Shown: positions 1 through 14,596, numbered from the whole stretch's first letter. The stretch is DNA of 63,647 nt, filler included, from Reclinomonas americana ATCC 50394 (GCA_048213135.1; 18 parts of 18 records of this genome joined end to end with filler, not necessarily neighbours in it), one strand, 5' to 3'. Program-made: numbers and translations. Notes: a model not told the origin generated them from the letters alone.

Positions 1-1003
<1,003 letters not shown>

Positions 1004-1075
1004 TGCGCACACACACAAACAACAATCGACGCTCGCTGCAGGACACCTGACGACGACGGACTTGTCTTCCGGCAA

Positions 1076-3816
1076 ATGCACCGCGCGAAACGTCTCCTCT
1101 CGCACCTCTGTTGCGTCCACTCTCGACACTCACATATACACACCACTCACAGTCACTTCACAGTGCTCTCGCGATCGGCGCAGCGCGTGCACGATCACCT
1201 CGTTGCACCGACGCTCTTTGTCGGTCCTTTTGCTTTCGAGGTGGTTCCACGTGCAGGCAACGATGATGACGATGATGATGATGATGATGACGATGCAGCA
1301 GTGCCACCCTCGCATAGCAGCAATGACGATGATGCAGCGTTGCTGGAATTCGGACGTGATCTGACCGAGGAGGCGCGACAGGGACAGCTCGACCCCGTTG
1401 CGTACTCGCCTGAGCATGGAGTCGTGGATGCTCCTCCATTGTTGAGCCTCGCGTACAGGTGGTTGGTCGCGAGGCCGAGGCGCGTGCAGTGATGGCCGTG
1501 CTCTCGCGTCGAAAGAAACGCAATCCGCTGCTGCTGGGCGATCCCGGTGTCGGCAAGACGGCGATTGTCGAGGCGCTGGCGCAGCTCATTGCCGACGGTT
1601 GAGTGGGCGAGAGTGGAGTGTGTGTCTTGCTGCACGGGTCCTCACTGCTTGTTGTGCAGGCGACTGCCATCCGTCGTTGCGCGGCGCTCGGATCATTGCG
1701 CTCGAGGTCGGTGCCGTGGTGGCCGGCACCAAGTATCGGCAAGTCTTGCAGCGATACATGCGCTCCACACTCACTTTCTCTCTCTCACACACACACCGAC
1801 TGCAGGGGCGACTTTGAGGAGCGATTCCGTCGCCTGCTGGCCGTGCTGCAGCGTTCGCCGTCGCGCTACATTCTCTTTGTGGACGAGATCCACACTGTTC
1901 TCGGCACTGGCCAGACGGGAGAGCAGGGATTGGATGTGGCCAGCATGCTGAAGCCGGCGTTGGCGCGGTGCGTGAGCGGGAGTAGGCACGGGCAGAGACG
2001 CACACAGTGAGACTGATTTTTTGGGGGGAGCAGTGGCACGGTGTGCTGCATCGGGGCGACGACGCATGACGAGTACCGACGAATGCTGGCGCGCGACGGG
2101 GCACTGGAGCGTCGTTTCACACCCATACAGGTGATGCCCCTCGATCGACTGCAGACCGTGCGTCTGCTGCGCAGCATGCGCGGCACGCTAGAGAAACATC
2201 ATGCCGGAGTGCTGCTTACCGACGCCGCGCTGGAAGCGGCTGTTGATCTGTGCGTGCAGCCTCACATGCACGCTGTACCTTGCACTGACTGACCGAGTGC
2301 CACATGCAGAACGCAGCGACACGTTCGCGAGGTGCGTGTTTTTGGGCAGCACGAAGAAAAAACCGTGCCATTCGACTCACTTGAAAGCGCACAGCGGCAT
2401 TTGCCCGACAAAGCCATCGACGCCATTGACGAGGCGTGCGCCGAGTGTCTGCTGGATGCGTACGCACCCGTGGAGGTGGAGACGGCACGCAACACACTGG
2501 CCTACATTGCTGCTGAAGCCGAGCGCATCATGGTTGTGGAGTATCGCCCCTCCCATCACCCCACGCCCATGCACCGACCCTCCTCGCCTGCACACCACAG
2601 GGAACAGATCCACCGCGCGCGGCCAAGCTGCGGTCCATGGCCGACGAGTTGCGAGCTGTCATCGATGATGCCACCGACGTGCCACCACCACCACCTTCAA
2701 CTGCTATCGCCATTGTCGGTCGTGAACAAGTCGCCGCCGTCGTGGCTCGCTGGACCAAGGTGCCGCTCGAACGGTGCGCAGCAAGCGCTGCTCACGTGAA
2801 AGCATTAGCGCAACACGCTCACCGTTTTTTCCCTTTCTTTTTGTGCACACAGGCTCACCGAGGACGACGCCCACAAGCTGCTGCATTTGGAGGAACGCCT
2901 GCGCCGCATCGTCATTGGGCAAGACGATGCCATTGGCGTACTGTGCGACGCTATTCAGCGAGCGCGCGCTGGTGTGGTGTCAGCGTCGTCGCGGAGGCCC
3001 GTCGGCGCGTTCCTGTTGGCCGGTCCCAGCGGTGTGGGCAAATCGCTGACGGCCCGCGCTCTCGCCGAGTGTCTCTTCGACTCGCGCGAAGCTCTGCTGC
3101 GCATCGACATGAGCGAGTACTCTGAACGACACACCATCTCGCGACTCATCGGCTCGCCACCCGGCTACATTGGCTACTCCGACACCTCGCAGCTGTGCGA
3201 CTGGGTCCTCAAGAGACCACACTCGGTGGTGCTGTTCGACGAGGTCGAGAAGGCGCACCAGGACATCTACAACCTCTTCCTGCAGATGCTGGAGGAGGGC
3301 GAGGTGACAGACGGCCGCGGCCGCCGCGTCTCCTTCTCCTCCTGCGTGATTCTGCTGACCACCAACATCGGCTCCGGCATCTTCCGCGACGCCGCAGCGC
3401 AGCGCGAACACACTCTGCCCGACGCCGCAAAGGAGCAGGTGCACGACGCGCTGCAGGCGGCCTTCCGACCCGAGCTGCTCAATCGCCTCGACGCCGTCCT
3501 CCTCTACCACCCGCTCACGCCACAACACCTCGGCGAGGTATTCGACGCACAACTCAACGACCTCGCCCGCGCCCTGTGGAGCCGCCAGCGCATCCACCTC
3601 ACCGTCACCGACACCATGCGTGCTCACGTACTCGCACAGGCGCACGACGACGCCCGCGCCATTCGCCGCGCCCTCCAACAATGCATCAGCAATCCCGTGG
3701 CCACTGCGCTCCTGCGTGGCAGCCTCCACCCCAACGATCACATCACAGTCGACCATCGCACAGGCGAGCAGGGAGCAGCAGTGCTCGTGCGCTCCACTGC
3801 ACCAGCAGTCACTTGA
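1076..3816 (+). CDS. Clp/Hsp100 AAA+ chaperone with two nucleotide-binding domains, ClpC-like, multi-exon
   Basis: [95 protein letters not shown]. The start codon is inferred. Confidence 0.9.
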
Positions 3817-4134
3817 AATGCATCACCTCGTTCAGCTCTCGCAACGCCACAATCTGCTCTCGCCCGCGCTCCGCTCGTGCCAGCAAGCCAGGGATCAGCG
3901 CATCAGCAAGCGCCGGTGACATCTGAGCCTCCCCTGTGTGAGGAAGAGAGAGGCACACAAAGAGAGAGAGAGAGAACGCACATGCATGTTCTGGCGGAAC
4001 TCGTCGCGCACTGTGGCCTGGACTTGCACGCGTTGAGCGGCATCGGGGAAGCGTGATGCCTCGCGCATGCATGTGCGGAAGGCGCTCAGCACCTCTTGCC
4101 GGAACACAAAGAGAGAGGCCGCAGCTGTTGACAT
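3809..4134 (-). CDS. LYR-motif (complex I LYR family)-like small protein, 2 exons
   Basis: RQEVLSAFRTCMREASRFPD...VRDEFRQN fits the LYR...R.EF pattern, followed by a GT-AG intron and a short second exon ending VMHFK*. Confidence 0.65.
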
Positions 4135-4207
4135 TCACAACGAAGTGGGAGAAGAAGTGGGTCCCAGTGTCCTCTCTCATTCCCCCCCTTTCGTTTCAGT
4201 CGTCGCA

Positions 4208-4695
4208 ATGAGCAAGGTCCACCCGCCGGAGTTGAAGCAAGTTGCGTGTGTGTTGCTTGCGTGTGCATTGTGTTGCGCGCGTGCGTTTCTCTTTTTGTCT
4301 TGCTGACATGTTCCATCTGCAACTTTCCCCTTTACACTCGCCCAGTACCTTGACAAGCATGTGTATGGTGCGCGCACGAGCAACAACAAGAGAGAGTGAG
4401 TATGTGCGTGTTTGCTTGGCTCTGACTTCTCTCTCTGTGTGCGTGTGTGCAGTCAAGATGAATGGCAATCGACAAGTGGCGGGCATTCTGCGTGGCTTTG
4501 ATCAGTTCATGAACATTGTGCTGGACGAGTGCACAGACGAGGCGGCGCCAGAGCGCAAGTCGTTGGGCATGGTGGTGCGTGTTGATAATTTCATGATTGT
4601 CGACCTTGCTACTGCTTGTGATTGACATTGCGTGTATGCAGGTGGTGCGTGGCAACAGCATTCACATGTTGGAGGCGAGGGAAAGAACGGACTGA
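4208..4695 (+). CDS. SNRPG: Small nuclear ribonucleoprotein Sm G, 4 exons
   Basis: MSKVHPPELKQ|YLDKHVYV|KMNGNRQVAGILRGFDQFMNIVLDEC...LGMV|VVRGNSIHMLEARERTD*. Confidence 0.95.
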
Positions 4696-4772
4696 GAGAC
4701 GACAGAAAATGTGGGAGTAGCAGTGGTCGCGAGACAGGAATGCATGTGCTGCTGCTACATACACTATCGTTG

Positions 4773-7414
4773 TTATGATGGAGTCCAGGTTTCGTAGCGC
4801 TGCAGCATGTCGGTGGAGACACTGCGTGTGCATCGCGAGAGTGCTGCGTGCACGGTGTCGTCGGTGATGGTGGAGGTGGCGTGGGCGGTGATCTCGCGAC
4901 ACAGTTGCACGAGATCGGCACCCGTGTAGCCGTCGGTGCGCTCGGCTGTGGAGTCGAGCAGCTCGTCGCTGTGTCACATTATTCAGTCCACTGCGTGTCG
5001 AGGAGTGTGGGAGTGAGTGCGCAACTGCATGTCGGGTAGGTGCGTTTGCAGGAGCGCACGCCGTGCCTGTCGCTCGGGTGGCGGCACGTACACGAGCCTC
5101 TCGAATCGACCTGCGACGAGCGTTAAAGAGCACGCAGGGAGCAGTGTTGTTGGGCGCGTAGAGGAATGCACCTGGTCGCAACAGAGCAGAGTCAATGGCC
5201 TCGGGCCAGTTGGTCGCCGCCATGACGATCACGGCATCGTCGGGCTCCAGCGCATCCAGCTCCACCAGCAGCTGCGCAATCATCTGGCGAAGGCGGAAAA
5301 CACAGTGAGGCGCCAACAAACCACACAACTGTGCACAACACTGCACCTTTTGTTCGCCACTTCCACCGCTGGCCGACTCGCGCGACCCAAAGATCGCTTG
5401 CACCTCGTCAAAGAAGAGCACACATGGAGCCGCCTGCCGCGCCCGCCGAAACAGCGACGCAATGCGCTTCTCCGAGGCACCAATCTGCGCAAGCCCAGCT
5501 GTTCAGATCAACTCTGCACTTAAAACCACCCGCACGCATGCACGCACGCGCGCACCACACCCTGCACCATGTCCGGGATGGACAGGCTGAGAAAGGCAGC
5601 CGAGGCCTCGGTGCACACGGCCTTGGCCAGCAACGTCTTGCCGGTGCCCGGTGGTCCGTACCTGGAACGACGGGTTGGCGCACACAAAAAGCAGGTTTTG
5701 CAAACAAGCGAGACAAGAGCGCAACAGCAAAACCCCGCGAGGAGGCGAGAAGCCGACGGCGCGCAACGCATCCCGATGAGAAATCGGCCACACGACGGAC
5801 TCGCGCAGAACCTGCTTCACCGATTCGAGACCTGCGACGTGCGACCACGGCACATTCGGCACCGCTCGATCCACCTCGTCATCGTTGCCGTCCCCACCAC
5901 GCAACAGCGACGGTTGTGAGCGTCGCAGTGCGTCGGCCACTGTCATCGTACCGCCGCTCATCACCATCAGTGAGCACAGTCGGAGCAGATCGGCGGGCGT
6001 GCGTCCCGCAGCACGCTCCACCAGCATTTCCTCATCGGCAGTCGACACTACCGATCCCTCTCCTCCATCGCCATGCTGCGCGAGCCAGGTGTGCAGGAGG
6101 CGTCGACGCACGGAGATGCTGACGGCCAGCTGCCCCAAGTCCACCACCTGACGCAACGCAGCGGCCAGCGAGTGAGGCACTCGCTCAGGCGATTGTGCAC
6201 ACGCCACCACAGTCAGCCCGGCCACCGATACAGCCGCCTGTACCACCGCCGTCAACTCGGCCACTATCGAGTCATCGGCGTCGTCACCATCGGTCCACAA
6301 CGCATCCACATGATCGAGCACCAACACCGCCGGCAGCTGGCGGTGAGCGGCATGCAGATACCGCCGCAACTGTGACGATCCGTCCCCACGCAAGCCGGCC
6401 ACATCGGCCCCACTGACAGTGACCACACTCAGTCCAAGCTGCGCACAGCACGCATGCACACTCCAAGTCTTGCCAACACCCGACGGCCCCACCACCAGCA
6501 CGCCAGCACTCCGACCAGTCTCCGCCGCCTCTCCACCAGTGAGCGGCCACACGCACTGCTCCGTCAGCAACACTTTCAGGTGTTGCTGCGCGGGCGACCA
6601 TGCATCGGTTCCCGGAAGCGACAAGTCAGGCACGGCGGCCACCGACGCACATCGCACCACCACCAGCGTGCTCGAATCCACAGTGCCCCACTGCCCCTCG
6701 CCCGCACCACCGCACAGCATCTCCAACCACGATGCGCCACACTCGACCTGCAGTTCCACCGAGTCACCATCACCGTCGTCGACAAGACACAGTCTCTCGC
6801 CAGCCCTTCCCCACAGTCGGCGCGCACACAGCTCGTCCTTGGCCCCTGCTCACAATGAGCACATATATACACACATACGCACACGCACGAGCATGCACAG
6901 TCACGCACACAAGGCCAACCACTGCACCCGCTCCGGCGTCAGCGGCCACCGCGGATCGCCGACCACCAGTCGCACCACACTCCACTGTCGCGCCTCACAC
7001 ACCAGCGTCACTCGCGTCTGCCTCTCCCCAATGAGCAGCACGTCAGACAACACAAGAAAAGCAACAAGACAGCACCTGCCCGCCAGGCACTCGACCACCC
7101 ATCGCCTGCCACACCGCCGGCGTCACACACACATCCACATCGCGCTCTCGCGGCACCTCCAAAAACTCCTGCACTCTCATCAGCATTTCCTCACCTTCCC
7201 TGCCACTCTCACACACACGCACCTTACACTCCACCGCATCAACCGCAACCACACGACACACCACCGACTCAAACACCGCCCACTGTGCACACACTGACAC
7301 TGACGAGGACAGCACGACACACACTCGCACATCGCCATCGCCTCCATAGAACGCGCGTCCACGAGGCGACAGTGCACAGGGAGCAACACGCACATCCAAC
7401 ACCTCTCCGCTCAT
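4773..7414 (-). CDS. Double-domain AAA+ ATPase of the Cdc48/AFG2 (SPATA5-like) group, multi-exon
   Basis: Degenerate D1 ([15 protein letters not shown]) and conserved D2 ([51 protein letters not shown]). Confidence 0.8.
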
Positions 7415-7488
7415 GCTGAAGAACACAGTGAGAGAGACGAGAAGCAAAGGCGCGCGCGGAAAATTCCACTCTCACACTCTTCTTTGCG

Positions 7489-7815
7489 ATGTTTGCGGCG
7501 CTGTTGTATGTATCGCTGATCCTTGCTGCGGTGCTTCTTGTGTCGTGGCTTGTCGTGCGTCACGTGCACATGCGACAGCTGGCGGCACAGGCGCCGGAGT
7601 TGAACCGTCGCGCGGCTGCTGAGCTCGGAGTCAAGCAAGTGTTCTTTGTTGCGTTTCTCTCTCTCTCTCTCTCTCGCCGTGTGCGTGTGCGTGACGCCNN
7701 NNNNNNNNNNNNNNNNNNNNNNNNNNNNNNNNNNNNNNNNNNTTAATTAATTAANNNNNNNNNNNNNNNNNNNNNNNNNNNNNNNNNNNNNNNNNNNNGT
7801 ACTACGTTAGTCGTC

Positions 7816-7894
<79 letters not shown>

Positions 7895-9236
7895 TCTTCT
7901 CTCATTCCCCATGTCGTGTCTTTGGCAGGCTGGGTGTCGTACGCCAAGCTGATTCCGGGCTATGTGGCCAAGGGCTTCCGCGTGGTGGTGCCGGATATGC
8001 GCGGCTACAACTTGTCTGACAAGCCGCCGAAGCTGGAGGATGTGTCGGTGGTGGAGCTCGTCGAGGACGTCAAGGAGATGATTGCCAAGTTCAACAAGTG
8101 CCCCGACCTCAAGCCGGTGCTGGTGGCGCATGACTGGGTGCGCGTTGTTTGCGGCCTTCTTTTGCAAAACCCCTGTCGTCGTTGCTCATTGTACAGTGTG
8201 GTCTCTCAGGGAGGTGCTGTGGCCTGGTTCTTTGCCATGAAGGTTTTGTGGGGTCAGTAGCCTTCCTTGTGGCGGACCCGCGACTCATGTTTGTGTTGTT
8301 GCTGCAGTACCCGGACCTGATCTCGTCGCTGATCATCATGAACTCGCCGCACCCGCAAGCCTTCAAGCGTGAGCTCAAGTCGAACCCGCGCCAGAAGAAG
8401 ATGAGCTGGTACATTGCCTTTTTCTGGTTCCCGGTGCGTTGTCTCCCGACCTCGTCCTGTTCTCCTTCTGCCTCGGTCTGCTGATTGCCGCGATAGATTT
8501 TGCCGGAGCTGTACTTTATGCGCTCGCCTCGCAACTCGATTATCGATCTCTTCAAGCGCACCAGTCGCAAGGAGGGCTTCGCCGACATGCAGCTGGAGGT
8601 GCTGCGCGCGGCCGCGTGCATGCCCGGTGCCATTACGTGCACCATCAACTGGTGAGCACCGCAAGAAACAAAAGCCGCCTCGCTCGCTTCCTCTTTTCTG
8701 ACGCCCTCCTCGTCGACCAGGTACCGCGCCATGATGAAGCTCGGCCGCCGGCACTCGGTCGAGTTTGCCAAGATCGACACTCCCACTCTGCTTCTCTGTG
8801 CGTCGCCAGCCACCTTGCCATGCCGATGATGAAATTCGTTCTGCTCATGTCGATACACAGGGGGCGACCGCGACATGGCGTTGCACAACGACAACACCAA
8901 GGGCCTCGATCCGTGGGTGCGTTGCCTGCGTGCCTGTTGCCGAAGAGGATGTGAGCATGCTAACAGTGCGCGTGCAGGTCTCGAAGCTGAAGGTCGTCAT
9001 GTTGCCGGGATGCAGCCGTTGCGTGAGCCCTCCCCGCCCCGCCCCTGAGCTGCAATCGTCATCTTACCATCTTCTCTCCCGCCCGTCGCTGCTCACAGAC
9101 TGGACGATGAACGACGTGCGTGCTCGCCGAATCGATATCCCGTTCTTATGACAGAAACTGACTCACGTGGCCACAGGATCCCGCCGCGTGCGAGGCCGAG
9201 ATCACCAAGTTTGTCACGATCATCAACGCAGGCTGA
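7489..9236 (+). CDS. Epoxide hydrolase-like alpha/beta hydrolase (EPHX3/4 type) with N-terminal membrane anchor; spans an assembly gap
   Basis: PDMRGYNLSDKP, nucleophile motif VAHDW|GG, NSPHP, catalytic His in GCS|HW. Assigning the hydrophobic exon at 7489 to this gene across the gap is an inference. Confidence 0.85.
7699..7798. other. Artificial contig spacer (first of 17)
   Basis: N44-TTAATTAATTAA-N44 with stops in all six frames. The others start at 11108, 14440, 20999, 23990, 26710, 32085, 33682, 35058, 37099, 43225, 44496, 47239, 51896, 58156, 60414 and 61766. Confidence 0.98.
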
Positions 9237-9520
9237 GCAATCCGAACAGCAAGGAGCGCAGCGCGCGCGTCACTGTGGCGACACAATGTTCGCAACGAGT
9301 GAACGATCTCAAGGAAAAATCGAAGGCGTACGTCCTGTCCTCCTCATCAATCCCCACAAAGCCACGCGACCACACGCCGCGTCGTTGTGCCCACCTCCTC
9401 CTCCTCTCTCCCTTTCTCTCCCACCGTTCATCCTTTCTCTCGGGCACTCGCTGTCAGTGACACGCACACACACGCAACACACGCGGCACACACTCGCACA
9501 CACGCACGCACACAACTGAC

Positions 9521-11107
9521 ATGACGGAGCTGTGGGCGGCATCGTCGCTGGACTCCGCGGCCGCCGACATGGTGCCAGAGTCCGCCTCAGCAGCAGAAAC
9601 ACCCCTCGCCTCCTCCTCTCCCACTCCACTGGTGACAGTTGTGGCGGCCGACGATGTCGACCTAGATGCGGATGCCGACTTTGCGAGTCTACTGCCTCCT
9701 CCACTGCTGTTGCATCGACGCCAACAGCAACAACAACAGCAACATCAAGCAGTGCGTGAGACGAGCTCGGCACCGGGAATGCGCAGTCGACAGTGGCGAG
9801 AGCGGGCGCGCTCGGCGAGCTCGTTCAGCTCCACGCACTCGGGCGCCTCGTCGTCCTCCAGAGGCTCCTCCTCGACAGAGGGCATTGAGCTGGAACCGCT
9901 GACGATCGATGCGGGACTCGAGCGCCTCATTCGCAGCGAGTTCTTTGATCCCTGGTTGGCCGTGGTGTACTTTCAAAGGTCTGCTGTTGTAAGGCACTGC
10001 TCTTGCTGCTGCTGCTGCCTTGGTTCTTATGCACCTCTCTGCGTGTGTGCGTATAGATATGCCACCAAGCCGGCGGTGCTGTCGCGGCTGGTGCGCGAGT
10101 TGAGCGACTTTGAGGATGAGGACATTGAGTTTTTCTTGCCGCAGATTTGGTTGCGTATCTGCTGGCTTCTGTTGCGTGCTGCTTGCGTGCTCACTGTGCG
10201 TGCATCGACAGCAATCTGTACCTGCATGCGTCGATGCACGAGGAGTACCTGGAGCGCTTCCTGCTCGACAAGTGTGCGCACTCGGTTCACTTTGCGCTAA
10301 AGTTGTACTGCCTGTTTCATTCGTGGAGTCACGTGAGCACGGATCCTTCGTTCCAGAAGCGGTGCGCATGCTCGTGAGGGATCTGTCTCTCTCTCTCTCG
10401 GTGCACTCACCACGATGCATTGCAGACGAGAGCGGATGATGGAGCGCATTGAGCGTGCGCTCGTCAATCGCGACATTATCAGCAGTAATATGCTGATGTG
10501 CTCGCCGCCGGGGCTCGATGGTGACGACCCAGAGGCCGCCGAGTTGCTCGACGAAGTCATTCACCATCTGAACGAGGGAGTGGTGCGTGTATGAGCTGTG
10601 CTTGTCACCACCGCTGCGGGCGACTCACTTCCTTCCATTACCATCCACAGATTTCAGTGGCAAGTGATCGCTCACTGAATGCCGAAGCGGAGCGCGTGCT
10701 GCAGAGCCTCGACGGGGGAGCATCGCCGCGGATGGGCGGTCAGCGCCTGAGTGTAGACATGGTCGAGTCGCCGCCGCACATGCATCGGAGTGCCAGCGCC
10801 GACGAGTCGTTGGAGCGGGCCACAGCGGGACATCTCTCGCCGCCACCGGTGGGCGGCGGTGTTCCACGCTCGCTCAGCTTTGAGGAGTGCACGCACGCCG
10901 GCGCCACAGGGCTGGCAGGTGACTACGATGACGGTATGCACGGTGGAGCGCGGGCCGGCTTGCGCCATGCCGTCTCGCTGCCGCCAGCATCCGTTGGCAC
11001 GCCGGATGCGCGCACGCCAGCAGTGGGTGGGGGCACCGACTTTAATCTGGCGCGCACGGTGCGCAGGAAACGTTCAAGCGAGGAGGCGGCGGCAGCAGCA
11101 GCAGCGG
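9521..11107 (+). CDS. PI4KB: Phosphatidylinositol 4-kinase beta (Pik1 type), N-terminal part
   Basis: LERLIRSEFFDPWLAVVY...DIEFFLPQIC|NLY...LERFLLDKCAHSVHFALK matches the PI4KB helical region. The kinase domain is not in the window. Confidence 0.8.
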
Positions 11108-11371
11108 NNNNNNNNNNNNNNNNNNNNNNNNNNNNNNNNNNNNNNNNNNNNTTAATTAATTAANNNNNNNNNNNNNNNNNNNNNNNNNNNNNNNNNNNNN
11201 NNNNNNNCCCCTTCTCTTCCCCCTTCTCTTCCCCCTTCTCTTCCCCCTTCTCTTCCCCCTTCTCTCCCCCAACTCTCTTCGCCAACTCTCTCCCCCCATG
11301 CTCTTCCCCTTTCTCTTCCCCCCCCCCCCCCCCTGCTTCTCCCTCAATGTTGCCTTTCCTTTGTGAATGCA

Positions 11372-14300
11372 GTCACGCTGGCCGAATCCGACGGCTCCCC
11401 TACCGCGCTGTACACCGGCCAAGCGTCGCAGCTGGTGCTGACCGTTCAAGGCAACAGCTTTCCTCCGTCCGTCACCTGGAACCCCGACCTTGGCGTGTTC
11501 GGTCTGTATGCCGCCAGCGATTGCAGCGGCTCGCCTGTGGTAGCCACTTCCGTCAGCCTTGGCCCGGCGGGCGTCACCGAAACCACCGTCCTCTTCTCGG
11601 TGGAAACGGCGACGTACATTGGCTCTCCGTCGCTCGGTGCCTCAGCTTCAGGCACGTGTTTGGTGGCCCCCGCCGGCGTGTACCACTTGTGTGGACGGTT
11701 TGTTGATGTTGCCGGCCTGAGCTGTCTCTTGAAAAAAACTCACTCACTCACCCGTCGGTTATTTGGCTAGATTCCATCCCACCTCCGCCACTTCGCCGCT
11801 GCTCCTCCTCTCCAACAGCTCCATTGTGCTCGTGGATCCGCCATCGTCGTCAGCATCAACCGTGTCGTTTGTTAACCCACATGTGCTTGCATTTGGACGT
11901 GCCAACATTGTCCACGTTGGCTCAATCACCAACGGCTTCAATTCGTGCACGGTGTTCAAGCTGGTGGCCATCGGGCAGCAGTGCAGCGACACGCCGGTCT
12001 ACGACTCGGTGGTCACCGGCGTCGGTGCTTCGTTGACGGTGCTCGGTCCATTGCTGTGCAAGTCGACCTCGGGCGGTGGCTGTTCCCTCTTCAGCTTGTC
12101 GGTGACTCCCAATTCACCGACGGGCGGTGCCGCCGCCAACCTGTGCGTCGCCATCAACAACGGACCGTACACATCGACTGGCCAGTTGCTGGTGTCGGGC
12201 TACTCGGTGTTGGTCGGACAAGTGCCGATGACTGGTAGCATCCAGGCGTCGGCTGCACTTCAGCTATCCGCCATGGGCACCACCCAGTCGACTGTCACCA
12301 CCGGTGGCACAGATTCGCAGCAGCAATCCGCATTCAACACCATGGCGACGCCGATTGTCGGCGTGGTGTCGACTCGCACGACCACCAGTTTCACCTTTGC
12401 GCGTGCGTTCTACGCCACACCGCAAGTACTCGTCGGGCTCACTGGGTACACGAGTGTCGGTGCAAGTGACGTTGTGGGCGACACCAGTGTGCTGTGTGGC
12501 GAGCCGGCGGTGACGAACAAGAAGGTGGTGGTCTCGTGTGTGGTGACCTCCAGTGTCGACGCTGCCAACGTGCCGCAGATTGAATTGAGTGCGTCTTCGT
12601 GCTTGGTGTATGTATGCAAGAGAAGAGAGATAGAGAGAGAGAGATTGGAGAGAGAGAGAGATGGAAGAGAGAGGGAGAGAGTAAGAGAGACTGAGAGAGA
12701 CTGAGAGAAATGAGGGAGACGGAGACTGAGAGTGAGAGAGATGGGAGAGAGAGAGAGTGAGAGAGAATGAGAGAATGAGAGACAGAGTGTCTGTGTGTGG
12801 TGTAACCCCCCTCGATAATGCTTTGTGCTCACAATCGTCGTTCATATTCGTGCAGCATACCTCGCGTACTACGTGCATCATTCGGATGCCTTCACCCTCT
12901 CGCGCACTGTTCAACTCAGCAGTAAGGGTTGGCTCAGTGCAGCCACCAACAAATCTGTGCTGGTGGTGAGTGTGACTGTGAGTCTCTTTCTTGTACATCG
13001 TGGTGTTTTGCTTACCTTCTTCATCAATGCAGCGACGCAGCGTGTCGGCCGTGTATCCCTTTGCATCCGTGCCAACACTGGCCGTGGCACTGACTGGCGT
13101 GCGCGCCAGACGACGGGCATCGCCTGACGCTACTGGGGCCACACTCTCCGACAACTTTGTGCTGTCACACGGATCCGTCAGCCGCACAGATGGCGACGTC
13201 AACGGCGTTGTCACCGGCGACGCACAAGTAGAGCGCCTGTATGCGCGAGTTGCCATTGGCCCGGCCCGTGAAGATGCTTCCAACCGCACGGGCTTTGTTA
13301 TGCGAGCGGGTGGTGCGTGTGCTGCTGCCTTTTCTCTTTCTGTGTAATGAGAAGCATCTCACACCTGTCCACCAAAACAGAGACCACGCACACCTCTGAC
13401 TCGCTCACGGCTACGATCAGCTTGATTTCCGTTGACGCGCCGAATGGACTCCTCGCTGCCACCTTGACGACGCAGCTGTTCTTGCGTGGCTGGAAATCCA
13501 AGTCCAGTGGCGGAGCCGTGATCAGCCACCACGTATTGAACAGCTCGCTCGCGTTGCAGACGCACGTGGTCGGCGGCGAGACGTTTGTGAGCGGCTTTAC
13601 GTTCGCCACGGAAGACCCGGGAGCCGGCAACACGACGCTTGTCACGTGGACTGCCGTGGGCCGAGTCACTGTCGGTGCGCCGCCGCAGTGCCCCGCTGGC
13701 TTCTTCGGGTCGGACTGCAGCCAGTGTCAGCTGGGCGTCGGCGAGTCCGTGTGCTCCTCCGACGGCATGAGCGTGCTCTCCTGCAACGGCACGCCGATGA
13801 CGGAGGCGTGCACTGGTGGACAAGTGTGCCTGCAGCAGACGGCAACTGTGGCTATCTGCGCGGATTCTTGTATCAAGCGCGTGAGCCCACTGGTTGGTCT
13901 CCTCAGCGGCTTCGTTCCCACTGTTGCCGCGAGTCGCAGTGGTCGCAACCTTGCTGCGTCGTATGCAAATACAGCCGGTGGCGTATTCACTTCGCAAGAC
14001 CTGGGCGCGACGTGGACAAAAGTCCTCAGCAACACCGCTTCTCTCCGTGTGCGCGGCGTCGTGATGAGTGCCGACGGTAGGAAGCTGGTCGCCATCACTA
14101 CTGCCAAGCCGGTGGACGTCCGGATCTCCGAGAATGGTGGGGCGACATGGACTGGCGTGTCGACCGGTTCCAACGTCTCTTTCCAGTCGATAACGATGAG
14201 CGAGGATGGCACGACAGTTGTCGTCTCTGCTGTCGCCGTCGACGACGACATTGCCGTGTCGACGGATGGCGGTCACACGTGGGCGCAGCGCAGCTTGCCC

Positions 14301-14439
14301 GTGGGCGTGTTTGCGTATGCGAGCGCCGTGCAGCTGAGCGGTGACGGACGGTTGTTGTATGCCTCGCAAGTCAACACCAACCAGAACTTCGTGTCGGCCG
14401 ACCTGGGTGTCACGTGGAACGCGCTTGGCGGACCGGCTG
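11372..14439 (+). CDS. Large extracellular modular protein (partial): H-type-lectin-like domains, EGF-like Cys segment, BNR/Asp-box propeller
   Basis: FTFARAFYATPQVLVGLTG and YPFASVPTLAVALTG; CPAGFFGSDCSQC; Asp boxes SQDLGATW, SENGGATW, STDGGHTW, SADLGVTW. Confidence 0.65.
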
Positions 14440-14542
14440 NNNNNNNNNNNNNNNNNNNNNNNNNNNNNNNNNNNNNNNNNNNNTTAATTAATTAANNNNN
14501 NNNNNNNNNNNNNNNNNNNNNNNNNNNNNNNNNNNNNNNTCT

Positions 14543-14596
<54 letters not shown>

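Noticed and set aside
7743..7754. TTAATTAATTAA palindrome recurring 17 times, and ORFs ending in X...LIN
   Set aside because: It is always centred in N-runs, so it is an artificial all-frame-stop linker.
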